A DNA stretch of 32,000 nt from the NCBI RefSeq assembly GCF_000284115.1, contig NC_017080.1, positions 750,001 through 782,000 of the forward strand, in the 5' to 3' direction. A model generated the notes under the pieces. It ran no database searches, was not told the origin of the DNA, and saw nothing but the letters and a program-made list of their open reading frames with translations. Positions within the stretch are counted from its first letter, which is position 1, and every line of letters begins with the position of its first letter. Source of the DNA: Phycisphaera mikurensis NBRC 102666. GTDB lineage: Bacteria; Planctomycetota; Phycisphaerae; Phycisphaerales; Phycisphaeraceae. This document shows, piece after piece, positions 10,396 through 18,754 of this stretch. A program made the translations under genes and the position numbers.

Positions 10396-10872
10396 ATGGC
10401 ACCTTCCGCTTTCATCGACTTCGAGACGCTCCGCGACGCGCCGGTCACCGCCGACGCGGCCGCAATCGAGGCGGTCAACCCCCATCGCGGCGCGATGCGC
10501 CTGCTGACGGCGGTGACCCACCGCGACGCCGAGGACGCCAGCCTGCTCGGGGCGTACTACGACGTGCCCACCGACGCTTTCTGGGTGCCCGGGCACATCC
10601 CGGGGCGCCCGATCTTCCCCGGCGTGCTGATGCTCGAGGCCGCCGCCCAGCTGTGCAGCTACAGCTGCATCACGCACTTCCCCGACATCGCCTTCATGGG
10701 CTTCGCCGGGGCGGACGCCATCAAGTTCCGCGGCCAGGTCTCCCCCGGCGACCGGCTCTACCTCGCCCTCCGGCAGGTGGAGCTGAAGAAGCGTCGGAGC
10801 ATCTGCGACGTCCAGGGCTTCATCGGGGGCAACCTCGTGTTCGAGTGCCGGATCAAGGGCATGCCGCTGTAG
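10396..10872 (+). CDS. FabZ/FabA-like 3-hydroxyacyl-ACP dehydratase (hotdog fold)
   Basis: VNPHRGAMRLLTAV...FWVPGHIPGRPIFPGVLMLEAAAQL...KFRGQVSPGDRLYL. The GHIPGRPIFPGVLMLEA motif is characteristic. Confidence 0.85.
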   Translation: MAPSAFIDFETLRDAPVTADAAAIEAVNPHRGAMRLLTAVTHRDAEDASLLGAYYDVPTDAFWVPGHIPGRPIFPGVLMLEAAAQLCSYSCITHFPDIAFMGFAGADAIKFRGQVSPGDRLYLALRQVELKKRRSICDVQGFIGGNLVFECRIKGMPL

Positions 10873-10957
10873 ACCGCCTCCGGCGGGCTCCCGCCCAACG
10901 GGGCGACCGCGGCGTGGAGGAGCCGCCAGCCCGGGGGTCCGGGAGCGCGACCGGCCC

Positions 10958-13045
10958 TCAGCCCGTCGGCTCCGTCAGCGCCACCACGCCGAACGGCGGC
11001 AGCGTCCACGTCGCCGCCTCGCCCGACAGAAGGTCCCGCCGCGGGCCGAGGTCCGGCAGCCCGACCGGGCGCTCGGTGGGGTTCAGCAGGAACGTCACCG
11101 GGCCCCGCGGACCGACCCGCTGCACGGCCTCCACGCCGGCGGGCAGGCCGGGGAGGATCGGCCTCACGCCGGCGGCGTCGAGCAGCGGCGGGAGCAGCGC
11201 CCCGGCCGTCGTCGGCGTGAGCCAGCAGCCGGCGTAGACGACGCGGCCGGCGCCAACCCCGCGGCCCGTGACCGCCGGACGCCCGGCGAAGCCGTCGTCC
11301 GCGGCGTCTCCGGCGACCGCCGCCCAGCGGGCCAGCACCTCCGCGTTCTCCCCCGGCTCCAGCACCTCCGCCCACTGCTCCACGCGCACGCCCGCCTCGC
11401 CTTCCCGCTCGAGCACCAGCGGCCGCACCGAGGCGTCGTTGATCCGCCGGCTGTCCCGCACCGTCACCCCCGCGAGGTCGGCGAGGACCCCCGGCGGCGG
11501 CGAGGCGACCAGGTTGTTCTGCCGGTCCCGCGTCCCGGTCATGGCCCCGACGACCAGGTGCCCGCCGCCGCGCACCCACGCCTCCAGCGGCTCCACCCAC
11601 GACGGATCGAAGAGCGTGACGTGCGGCAGCAGGTACAGCTTCACGCCGGTGAGGTCGTCCGCGGGGTGGACGCTCCCGCTGGCGATCCCGCGGTCGAAGA
11701 GCACGCGGTTGGCGTGCGCGGCAACGGTCTCGGGCGGATCCAGGCCGAGCGAGCAGGCCCCGAAGCCGGCGTTGAGCGTGAAGTCGGCCCCCGCCGTCGC
11801 GGCGTCCACGCGCACGTGGCTCCCCCGGATCGCCGGAGCCAGCCGCTGCAGCTCGGCCCCCAGACCGGCCGCCTCGTCGTGCCGCCGGCTCGGCCGGTCG
11901 TCGGCGTCCAGCAGCCCCAGCCACGGCTGCTCGGCCCCGAAGCGGGCCGTCCGCCAGCGGAAGAACAGCAGCCCGTCGCAGCCGCGGGCGACCGCCCGCA
12001 GCGCGAACTGCCGCATCTCCCCCGGGGCCGGGGAGTCGAGCATGTAGCCGCCGCGCCCGCCCGAGCCGCTCTGCCCGCCGGCCCCGGACTGCTGCTCGGG
12101 CACGATGAAGTTGCCCGTCCAGCCGCGGACCCGGTCCAGCCGGGCGGCGTCGTTGGCGGGCCGGCGCCGCGGGTCGTTCCAGAACATCGGGTAGCTGTCG
12201 AAGCCCAGGAAGTCGAGGTCCTCGGCGAAGCGCCCGCGGTAGTCCAGGTCGGCGAAGACGCCGTTGTGCGTGATCCACCAGCGCGGGTTCGCCGCCCGCA
12301 GGATCTCCGCCTGGTCGCGCTGGAAGGTCGCGGTCGCGTCGGAGAGGTACGCGAGGTGGTCCAGCCGGTGCGCCGGGTTCGAGTGCGTCGGCGCCTCGGG
12401 CTTGGGCGTGAGCAGCTGGTCGAAGCCGCCGTACTCCTGGCTCCAGAAGGCGGTGCCCCAGGCCCGGTTGAGGGCGTCGATGTCGCCGCCGAATTTCTTC
12501 TCGCACCACGCCGCGAAGCCGAGCCGCGCCGCCTTGGAGTGGTCGTCGTGGAAGTGGCAGTGGAACTCGTTGTCGGTCTGCCAGCCGACCACGTGCGGGT
12601 TCGTGGCGTAGTGCTCGGCCATCGCGGCGGTGATCCGGCGGCTCGCCTCGCGGTACGCCGGGTGGGCCGCGGAGACGTGCTGGCGCGAGCCGTGCGAGAG
12701 CGACCGGCCGCGGCCGTCGACGCGGAGGCTGTCGGGGTGGGCGGCCGTGAACCACCGCGGCGGGGCGGCCGTGGGCGTGCACAGCATCGACTTGACGCCC
12801 CGCTCCGCGAGCGCGTCGATGACGCGATCGAAGAGCGAGAAGTCGAAGCGGCCCGGCTCGGGCTCCATCCGCGTCCACGCGAACTCCGCCATGCGGGCGA
12901 GGTTGAAGCCCGCCGCCGCCATCCGCTCGGCGTCCCGCGCCCAGAACCATTCGGGGCAGTGCTCGGGGTAGTAGCAGCAGCCGTAGGGGAACCACGACAA
13001 CCCCGTGGGCCGGCGGTGCGAGGGCGCGGGGCGGTGGCCAGGCAT
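10958..13045 (-). CDS. GH42-family beta-galactosidase
   Basis: FPYGCCYYPEHCPEWFWARDAERMAAAGFNLARMAEFAWTRMEPEPGRFDFSLFDRVIDALAERGVKSMLCTPTAAPPRWF...GWQTDNEFHCH. Confidence 0.9.
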   Translation of the reverse strand: MPGHRPAPSHRRPTGLSWFPYGCCYYPEHCPEWFWARDAERMAAAGFNLARMAEFAWTRMEPEPGRFDFSLFDRVIDALAERGVKSMLCTPTAAPPRWFTAAHPDSLRVDGRGRSLSHGSRQHVSAAHPAYREASRRITAAMAEHYATNPHVVGWQTDNEFHCHFHDDHSKAARLGFAAWCEKKFGGDIDALNRAWGTAFWSQEYGGFDQLLTPKPEAPTHSNPAHRLDHLAYLSDATATFQRDQAEILRAANPRWWITHNGVFADLDYRGRFAEDLDFLGFDSYPMFWNDPRRRPANDAARLDRVRGWTGNFIVPEQQSGAGGQSGSGGRGGYMLDSPAPGEMRQFALRAVARGCDGLLFFRWRTARFGAEQPWLGLLDADDRPSRRHDEAAGLGAELQRLAPAIRGSHVRVDAATAGADFTLNAGFGACSLGLDPPETVAAHANRVLFDRGIASGSVHPADDLTGVKLYLLPHVTLFDPSWVEPLEAWVRGGGHLVVGAMTGTRDRQNNLVASPPPGVLADLAGVTVRDSRRINDASVRPLVLEREGEAGVRVEQWAEVLEPGENAEVLARWAAVAGDAADDGFAGRPAVTGRGVGAGRVVYAGCWLTPTTAGALLPPLLDAAGVRPILPGLPAGVEAVQRVGPRGPVTFLLNPTERPVGLPDLGPRRDLLSGEAATWTLPPFGVVALTEPTG

Positions 13046-13152
13046 GGCGAAAACCTACGGGCTGAGAGTCGTTGCCCCCATCACGGCCTCCCGGTGCTTG
13101 TCCAGGCCGTGCCGCAGGCGTCCGGCTTCGGCGGCGTGGTAGCGTTCCGGTC

Positions 13153-14349
13153 ATGCCTCAGCCCCTCCAAATCGCCCTTCTCGGCTCCAAGTTCATGGGC
13201 CGCACGCACTCCAACGCGTACCTGAACGTCGCGAAGTTCTTCAAGCTCCCGCTGGAGCCGGAGATGCACACGATCTGCGCCCGCGACGCGGAGGACCTCG
13301 CCGTGTTCGGCCCCCGCTGGGGCTGGGCCGGCTTCTCCACCGATTGGAAGAGCGTCGTCGACAACCCCGACGTCGGCCTCGTCGACGTCGCCACGCCCAA
13401 CCACGTCCACAAAGAGCAGGCGATCGCCGCGCTCGAAGCCGGCAAGCACGTCGCCTGCGAGAAGCCGCTCGCCGGCACGCTGGACGAGGCCCGCGCGATG
13501 AAGGACGCCGCGGCCGCCCGGCCCGACCAGCACACCTTCGTCTGGTTCAACTACCGCCGCTGCCCGGCGATCGCCTACGCCCGCCAGCTCGTGAAGGAGG
13601 GCCGCCTCGGCCGGCTCTTCCACGTCCGGGCGGCGTACCTGCAGGACTGGGGCGGCCCCGACACCCCGCTGCTCTGGCGCTTCCAGGGCGACCAGGCCGG
13701 CTCGGGCGCCCACGGCGACCTCAACGCCCACTCCATCGACATGGCCCGCTTCGTCACCGGCGAGGAGTTCACCGACGTGATCGGCGCGGTCAACGAGACC
13801 TTCATCGAGGAGCGGGAGATCGTCGATTCGGCCGGCGGCGAGATCTCCGGCCGGGGGGCGGGCGGTGGCGGCGACAAGCGCATGGGGAAGGTCACCGTCG
13901 ACGACGCCGTTCTCTTCCTCGCCCGTCTCTCCGGCGGGGCGGTCGCCAGCTTCGAGGCCACGCGTCTGTCCACCGGCGACAAGAACCGCAACCGCATCGA
14001 GATCCACGGCGAGAAGGGCGCCATCCGCTTCGACTTCGAGCGGATGAACGAGCTGGAGTGGTACGACGCCACGCTGCCCGGGGCCGAGCAGGGCTGGTCG
14101 ACCATCAACGTCACCCGCGGCGGCGACGGCCACCCCTACGCCGCCGCGTGGTGGCCCGACGCCCACATCATCGGCTACGAGCACGGCTTCGTGAACCAGG
14201 CCGCCGACATGATCAAGGTGCTCGGCGGTGAGGAGCCCGAGGCGCCGATCCCCGACTTCGCCGACGCCTGGGAGACCCAGCGGGTGCTGGAGGCCGCCCT
14301 CCGGTGCGCCGACAAGCGTGCTCCCGTGTCGATCGCCGACGTCACCTGA
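13153..14349 (+). CDS. Gfo/Idh/MocA-family oxidoreductase
   Basis: IALLGSKFMGRTHSNAY...VDVATPNHVHKEQAIAALEAGKHVACEKPLAGTLDEARAM. Confidence 0.92.
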   Translation: MPQPLQIALLGSKFMGRTHSNAYLNVAKFFKLPLEPEMHTICARDAEDLAVFGPRWGWAGFSTDWKSVVDNPDVGLVDVATPNHVHKEQAIAALEAGKHVACEKPLAGTLDEARAMKDAAAARPDQHTFVWFNYRRCPAIAYARQLVKEGRLGRLFHVRAAYLQDWGGPDTPLLWRFQGDQAGSGAHGDLNAHSIDMARFVTGEEFTDVIGAVNETFIEEREIVDSAGGEISGRGAGGGGDKRMGKVTVDDAVLFLARLSGGAVASFEATRLSTGDKNRNRIEIHGEKGAIRFDFERMNELEWYDATLPGAEQGWSTINVTRGGDGHPYAAAWWPDAHIIGYEHGFVNQAADMIKVLGGEEPEAPIPDFADAWETQRVLEAALRCADKRAPVSIADVT

Positions 14350-14438
14350 CGCGGCGGCCGCGGCCGGATTGACAGCCGCCGCGTACGCTCTACAGTCTCG
14401 CTCCGCACGCAAGCGCGGCCCCTGATCCCACGATCGTC

Positions 14439-14512
14439 GGGGGTGTAGCTCAATTGGTTAGAGCATCGGACTGTCGATCCGAAGGTTGCGGGTTCGAGCC
14501 CCGTCACCCTCG
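14439..14512 (+). tRNA. tRNA-Asp (anticodon GTC)
   Basis: GGGGGTGTAGCTCAATTGGTTAGAGCATCGGACTGTCGATCCGAAGGTTGCGGGTTCGAGCCCCGTCACCCTCG folds as a cloverleaf: GGGGGTG/CACCCTC acceptor, TCGGA-CTGTCGA-TCCGA anticodon arm, GCGGG-TTCGAGC-CCCGT T arm. Confidence 0.97.
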
Positions 14513-14828
14513 CTTGCTGAAACGCGAACACGAACGGGACCGCCGGCGAAGCCGCGGCTTGTTCTGCGGGGTGCGGCTCCGCGGGTGAGGGGGCTCGGGT
14601 GCCGACCCGCCTCTGCTTTTCATGGCAGGGCTTGGGGCTGGCGGCAGGCGCAGAGAGGCGAACAGGGCACGGAGGCGCCACCCCCGGCCGCGAAAGCTGC
14701 GTGGCGACGCCACGCTGTCCGCACCGCAAGACGGCCGAGAACGCGGAGGCGTTCCGCGGCTCAGCCAGCACGGTGTCGGAGTGCCGCTCCCGCGGCCAGC
14801 GATCTTCCACAGGCCGCCCCCGGCCGCT

Positions 14829-16142
14829 TCAGACCCCCGCCGCCTCCCGCACGGCCAGCATGGTGTACGGCCCCTCGGGGATCACGGCGACCCGGCCGCC
14901 GGGGTTCGCCTCCACCCAGCCGTCGACGAAGGCCTGCGCCCGCGCGACCGCGTCGCCCGCCCCCGGGCAGGGCGTCGTCGCGATCTTCCGCTGCGTCGCC
15001 GCGTCCAGGCCGTCGTTGGCGAGCACCAGGCCGCCGATGCCGATCCGCGAGAGCACGCGCGTCTGCATCTGGTACTCCCACTGGTCCTTGTCGGTCACGC
15101 CGCTGGTCTCGATGTGCTCGAGGAAGGCCCGCCATTCCGGGCCGAAGCGCTCGTACAGCGCCTCGTACGCCGGCTCGCCCACCTCGTCGCAGGCGGAGAG
15201 CACCAGCAGCGTCGAGCCCTCGCCCAGCGCCGGCAGCGCCGTGCACATGCTCTTGACCGTCTGGTAGAAGTTCTTGTCCAGCGGGTAGCCGCCGGCGGAG
15301 GTGACGACCAGGCCGAAAGGCGCGTCGACCGCCGCCGAGGTCCAACCGGCAACGTCGGCGCAGCCGGCGCGGAAGGCCTCCGTCAGCTCGCCGGCGTAGA
15401 CCCCCGCGACCTCGCGGCCGTGCGTGATCGCCACGTTCAGCAGGAACTCGGGCGCCACGATGCCCGCGACCTCCGTCGCGATCTCGTGGCAGGGGTTGCC
15501 GTCGAGCCGGCCCTCCACGCTGTTGGGGTCGCCCATCGTGCCCACGCCGTGGAAGCGTTGCACCGTGTCCAGGTCGACCAGCCCCGGGCACACGCCCTTG
15601 CGGCCGCCCGAGAAGCCCGCCATGAAGTGCGGCTCGATCAGCCCGGTGACGATGCGGAAGTCGGCGTCGAGGAAGCGCTCGCACACGCTCACCGGCGGGT
15701 CCTCGCTCACCCGGCGGACGCTGCCGGCCACGTGCGCCGTGTGGTCGATCACCTCCAGCCGGGCGGGCAGCGTGTCGCCGAGCATCGTCCGCCGCTCCTC
15801 GGGCGTGCTCTCGCGGTGCATGCCGGTGGCGACGATCACCACCACCGCCGACTCGGGCACCGGCGGCTCCGCCGCGGCGAGCTCGCCGAGCACCGCCTCG
15901 ATCAGGAGCTCGTTGGGCACGGGCCGCGTGATGTCGCTGATCGAGATCGCCACCGTCCGGGGCTTCGCCTCGCTCACCCGCGACCGCAGCGACGCGCAGC
16001 CGATCGGCTCCCGCAGCGCCGCCCGCACCGCCGCGGCCGGATCCGGCAGCGCCGGGATCTCCGGGCCGCTGAGCACGCGGGCGTCGTCGGGGAGGCGGAG
16101 CGAAGCGTGCGATCGGCCGTAGCGGAGGGAGACGTGAGCCAT
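14829..16142 (-). CDS. LarA-like (DUF2088) lactate racemase family protein
   Basis: VAISISDITRPVPNELLIEAVL...VVIVATGMHRESTPEE...GLIEPHFMAGFSGGRKGVCPGL are LarA-family signatures. ATG at 16142. Confidence 0.85.
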   Translation of the reverse strand: MAHVSLRYGRSHASLRLPDDARVLSGPEIPALPDPAAAVRAALREPIGCASLRSRVSEAKPRTVAISISDITRPVPNELLIEAVLGELAAAEPPVPESAVVVIVATGMHRESTPEERRTMLGDTLPARLEVIDHTAHVAGSVRRVSEDPPVSVCERFLDADFRIVTGLIEPHFMAGFSGGRKGVCPGLVDLDTVQRFHGVGTMGDPNSVEGRLDGNPCHEIATEVAGIVAPEFLLNVAITHGREVAGVYAGELTEAFRAGCADVAGWTSAAVDAPFGLVVTSAGGYPLDKNFYQTVKSMCTALPALGEGSTLLVLSACDEVGEPAYEALYERFGPEWRAFLEHIETSGVTDKDQWEYQMQTRVLSRIGIGGLVLANDGLDAATQRKIATTPCPGAGDAVARAQAFVDGWVEANPGGRVAVIPEGPYTMLAVREAAGV

Positions 16143-16499
16143 GACCGAGCGTAAGGGTGGGCGATGCGCCGCCCGGGGCCCGCCGCGGACCGCGACGCGA
16201 GACGGCTCCTCCGGCCCGCGGTCCGCGGCGCGCGGCCGGCGATCCGCGGCCGGCGGCCCCGCTCGACGCGTCGCGCGACGCGGGCGGGCGCCCGCCAACC
16301 TTGCGCGAAAGCGGGAGGAACCCGCCGTTTTCCGCAGAGACAGCCCGCCGCAGCCGCGGCACATTGCTCAGGCGTCACCGGCCCGCGCCTCCAGCGGGCA
16401 CGCGTGCCGCGTCTCTCTCAGCGTGGATCCCGTCTTCCCCACGCGACTCCTTCTCCCCCACCGGCTGCGTTCGCGGCCGGCCCTTTTCAAGGAAACGCC

Positions 16500-18515
16500 A
16501 TGGACGTTCGTCTCTTCGCGCGGTCGCTCCCGCCAAGGCTCCTCCGCCTCGCGCTTGTCCTTCTGCTCCCCGCCGGCCTCGCCGCCGCGGAGACCCTCAC
16601 CGTCAGCGACGTGAACCGCCAGAAGGTGGAAGGCTGGGGCGTCTTCGCCTTCGGCCACACCGGCGTGTGGGGCACCGACGGCGGCACGTTCCCCTTCGAG
16701 TTCGACAACCGCCCGGCGGTGCTCGACGCGGTCTTCCGCGACATGGGCGTCACGCACCTGCGGGTGCAGATCAGCGCCCTCGGGCACGACAGCCGCAAGC
16801 CCGGCTGGCTTGCGACCTACGACCACGACGGCAACGCCGCGACCGCCGAGGTGCCGAGGCTCAAGGAGATCGCCGACCTGATCAAGGCGGCGCGCACCCG
16901 CAACCCCAACCTCAAGTGGTACGTCAGCGTCTGGAGCCCGCCGGGCTCGATGAAGACGCCCGAGAACCTCTTCAACAACATCTTCAGCCACGTGTACGAC
17001 CCCGCCCGCGGCGGCATGGTCTCCACGGGGATCCGCCCCGCCTCCAACCGCACCTTCGCGCAGTGGATCGTCAAGGCGCTGCAGTACCTCGAGGGCCAGG
17101 GCGCAGGCAAGCCCGTCGCCGTGAGCCCCTTCAACGAGCCGCGCCACCTCGTCGGCTACGAGGGCGTGGGCGTCATCGACGCCCAGCAGGTGAAGACGAT
17201 CGTCAACTTCTTCCGCTCCGAGTTCAACGCCGCGGGCTTCAGCGCCACGCGGGTCATCGCCCCCGAGGGCAACCACTACGACGCCACGACCAGCCTCACG
17301 GGCGACTGGAGCAGCGGGTACCTCTGGCTCTTCAACAACGACAGCGCCGGCCAGCCCAACATCCACACCTCCGCCATCGTCGGCACGCACTCCTACGACA
17401 GCTGGGCCAGCGATCAGACGCTGCAGAAGATGTTCGACCGCTACCGCGGGGCGCAGAACTCCACCCGCAGCCGCAGCCAGTGGATGACCGAGTGGAGCGC
17501 CGACGCCAACGACCAGTACAGCGACTTCGACCCGAACCGCCCGCTCTCGGAGCTCACCGGGCGCCCGGAGATGGACGTCGCGATCACCACCGCGCGCCAC
17601 CTGCTCCGCGAGATGATGCAGTTCAACTTCAACCTCTGGACGCAGTGGAACGTCTTCGACCGGCAGAGCAACGCCTGGAGCGGCGACGAGGTGCTCTACG
17701 GCTTCGTCCGGCAGAACAGCAACGACGCCCCGAAGAAGAGCAAGATCTACCACGTGCTCTCGAGCATCTGGAGCCGCGTCCCGGCCGGCTCGCACGTCCG
17801 CACCGTCCGCAACGACGCCGGCACCGGGAGCTTCTTCAACACCGAAGCCCGGCCCGTCGGCAACGGCGAGCGCGGCGTCGACGTCGGCGCCTTCCGCCGG
17901 CCCGACGGCCGGGTGGTGATGGTCGTCGTCAACGACGAGACCCGCGGCCGCAGCGTGAACCTCGCCGGCCTTAACGCCGGACCCGCCGACGTGTACGTCA
18001 CCGACGGCGGCCGCAACAACGTGAAGGCCGGCTCGATCACCGTCGACGCGGTCGGCCGAGCCAACCACTGGTTCGGCGCCCGCAGCGTCACCGTGATCCA
18101 CTGCCTCGGCGGCGGCGGCGGCGCCCGGCCGAACCTGGTCGCCAACGCCGGCTTCGAGTCCGGCCAACTCCATCCCTGGCGGGGCTACGGCAGCGGGACC
18201 CGCCTGCAGGACTGGGGCACCCACACCGGCAGGCGTGCCGCCCGCCTGGGCAACAGCAGCACCAACGGCATCTGGACGGTCGTCAACGGGCTCGTCCCGG
18301 GCACGACCTACCGCATGACCGCCTGGATCCGCGGCAACGCCGTGATGAAGGCCACCGGCTGGGGCGGCGTCGAGCAGCTCTCCAACAGCGGCACCCGCTA
18401 CAACCAGAAGAGCTTGACCTTCACCACCGGCCCCGGCGTGACCTCCGCCCGCCTGGACTTCTGGAGCGGCGGCGGCGACGTCCGCATCGACGACGTCGAG
18501 CTGCGCCGGGAGTAG
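16500..18515 (+). CDS. Secreted GH30-like glycosidase with C-terminal carbohydrate-binding-like module
   Basis: Signal peptide (LLRLALVLLLPAGLAAAE), VEGWGVFAFGHTG...AVSPFNEP (acid/base NEP) ...SQWMTEWSAD, and C-terminal NLVANAGFESGQLHPWRGYGSG...DVRIDDVELRRE. Confidence 0.8.
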   Translation: MDVRLFARSLPPRLLRLALVLLLPAGLAAAETLTVSDVNRQKVEGWGVFAFGHTGVWGTDGGTFPFEFDNRPAVLDAVFRDMGVTHLRVQISALGHDSRKPGWLATYDHDGNAATAEVPRLKEIADLIKAARTRNPNLKWYVSVWSPPGSMKTPENLFNNIFSHVYDPARGGMVSTGIRPASNRTFAQWIVKALQYLEGQGAGKPVAVSPFNEPRHLVGYEGVGVIDAQQVKTIVNFFRSEFNAAGFSATRVIAPEGNHYDATTSLTGDWSSGYLWLFNNDSAGQPNIHTSAIVGTHSYDSWASDQTLQKMFDRYRGAQNSTRSRSQWMTEWSADANDQYSDFDPNRPLSELTGRPEMDVAITTARHLLREMMQFNFNLWTQWNVFDRQSNAWSGDEVLYGFVRQNSNDAPKKSKIYHVLSSIWSRVPAGSHVRTVRNDAGTGSFFNTEARPVGNGERGVDVGAFRRPDGRVVMVVVNDETRGRSVNLAGLNAGPADVYVTDGGRNNVKAGSITVDAVGRANHWFGARSVTVIHCLGGGGGARPNLVANAGFESGQLHPWRGYGSGTRLQDWGTHTGRRAARLGNSSTNGIWTVVNGLVPGTTYRMTAWIRGNAVMKATGWGGVEQLSNSGTRYNQKSLTFTTGPGVTSARLDFWSGGGDVRIDDVELRRE

Positions 18516-18722
18516 GCGGCGGCGAAGGCGTCGACACCCTCCGCTCCCCAGTCCAATCCTGCCTCACGTGGTGCCGGCCTCACGCAAGCTGACCAGGCGA
18601 CCTCACGCCTTCAGATGCGGACCTCAAGCCCGAGGCCGCCCCCCAAACCAGTGCCGACCCCAGGGTCGGCTTCGGGCGCGGCCGAGATCGAGGCCGAAAT
18701 CGGCGAAATCGGTGGCTGTCAC

Positions 18723-18754
18723 CTTTTCCGCTCCGCCCGCGTGGAGCGGGCGAC
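18723..18754 (-). repeat. Degenerate trailer-end CRISPR repeat
   Basis: CTTTTCCGCTCCGCCCGCGTGGAGCGGGCGAC. The last 21 nt on the + strand are identical to the repeat and the first 11 nt have mostly diverged. It is followed by a normal 35-nt spacer. Confidence 0.9.

Noticed and set aside
14175-14810. - strand ORF containing GLEPATFGSTVRCSNQLSYTPDD
   Set aside because: This is the antisense translation of the tRNA-Asp gene, a well-known spurious protein signature.
16143-16499. Possible coding region in 16.15-16.5 kb on the + strand (ORFs 16157 and 16164)
   Set aside because: Upstream extensions of the GH30 frame or of an alternate frame, Arg/Pro/Ala-rich. The signal peptide defines the real start at 16500.
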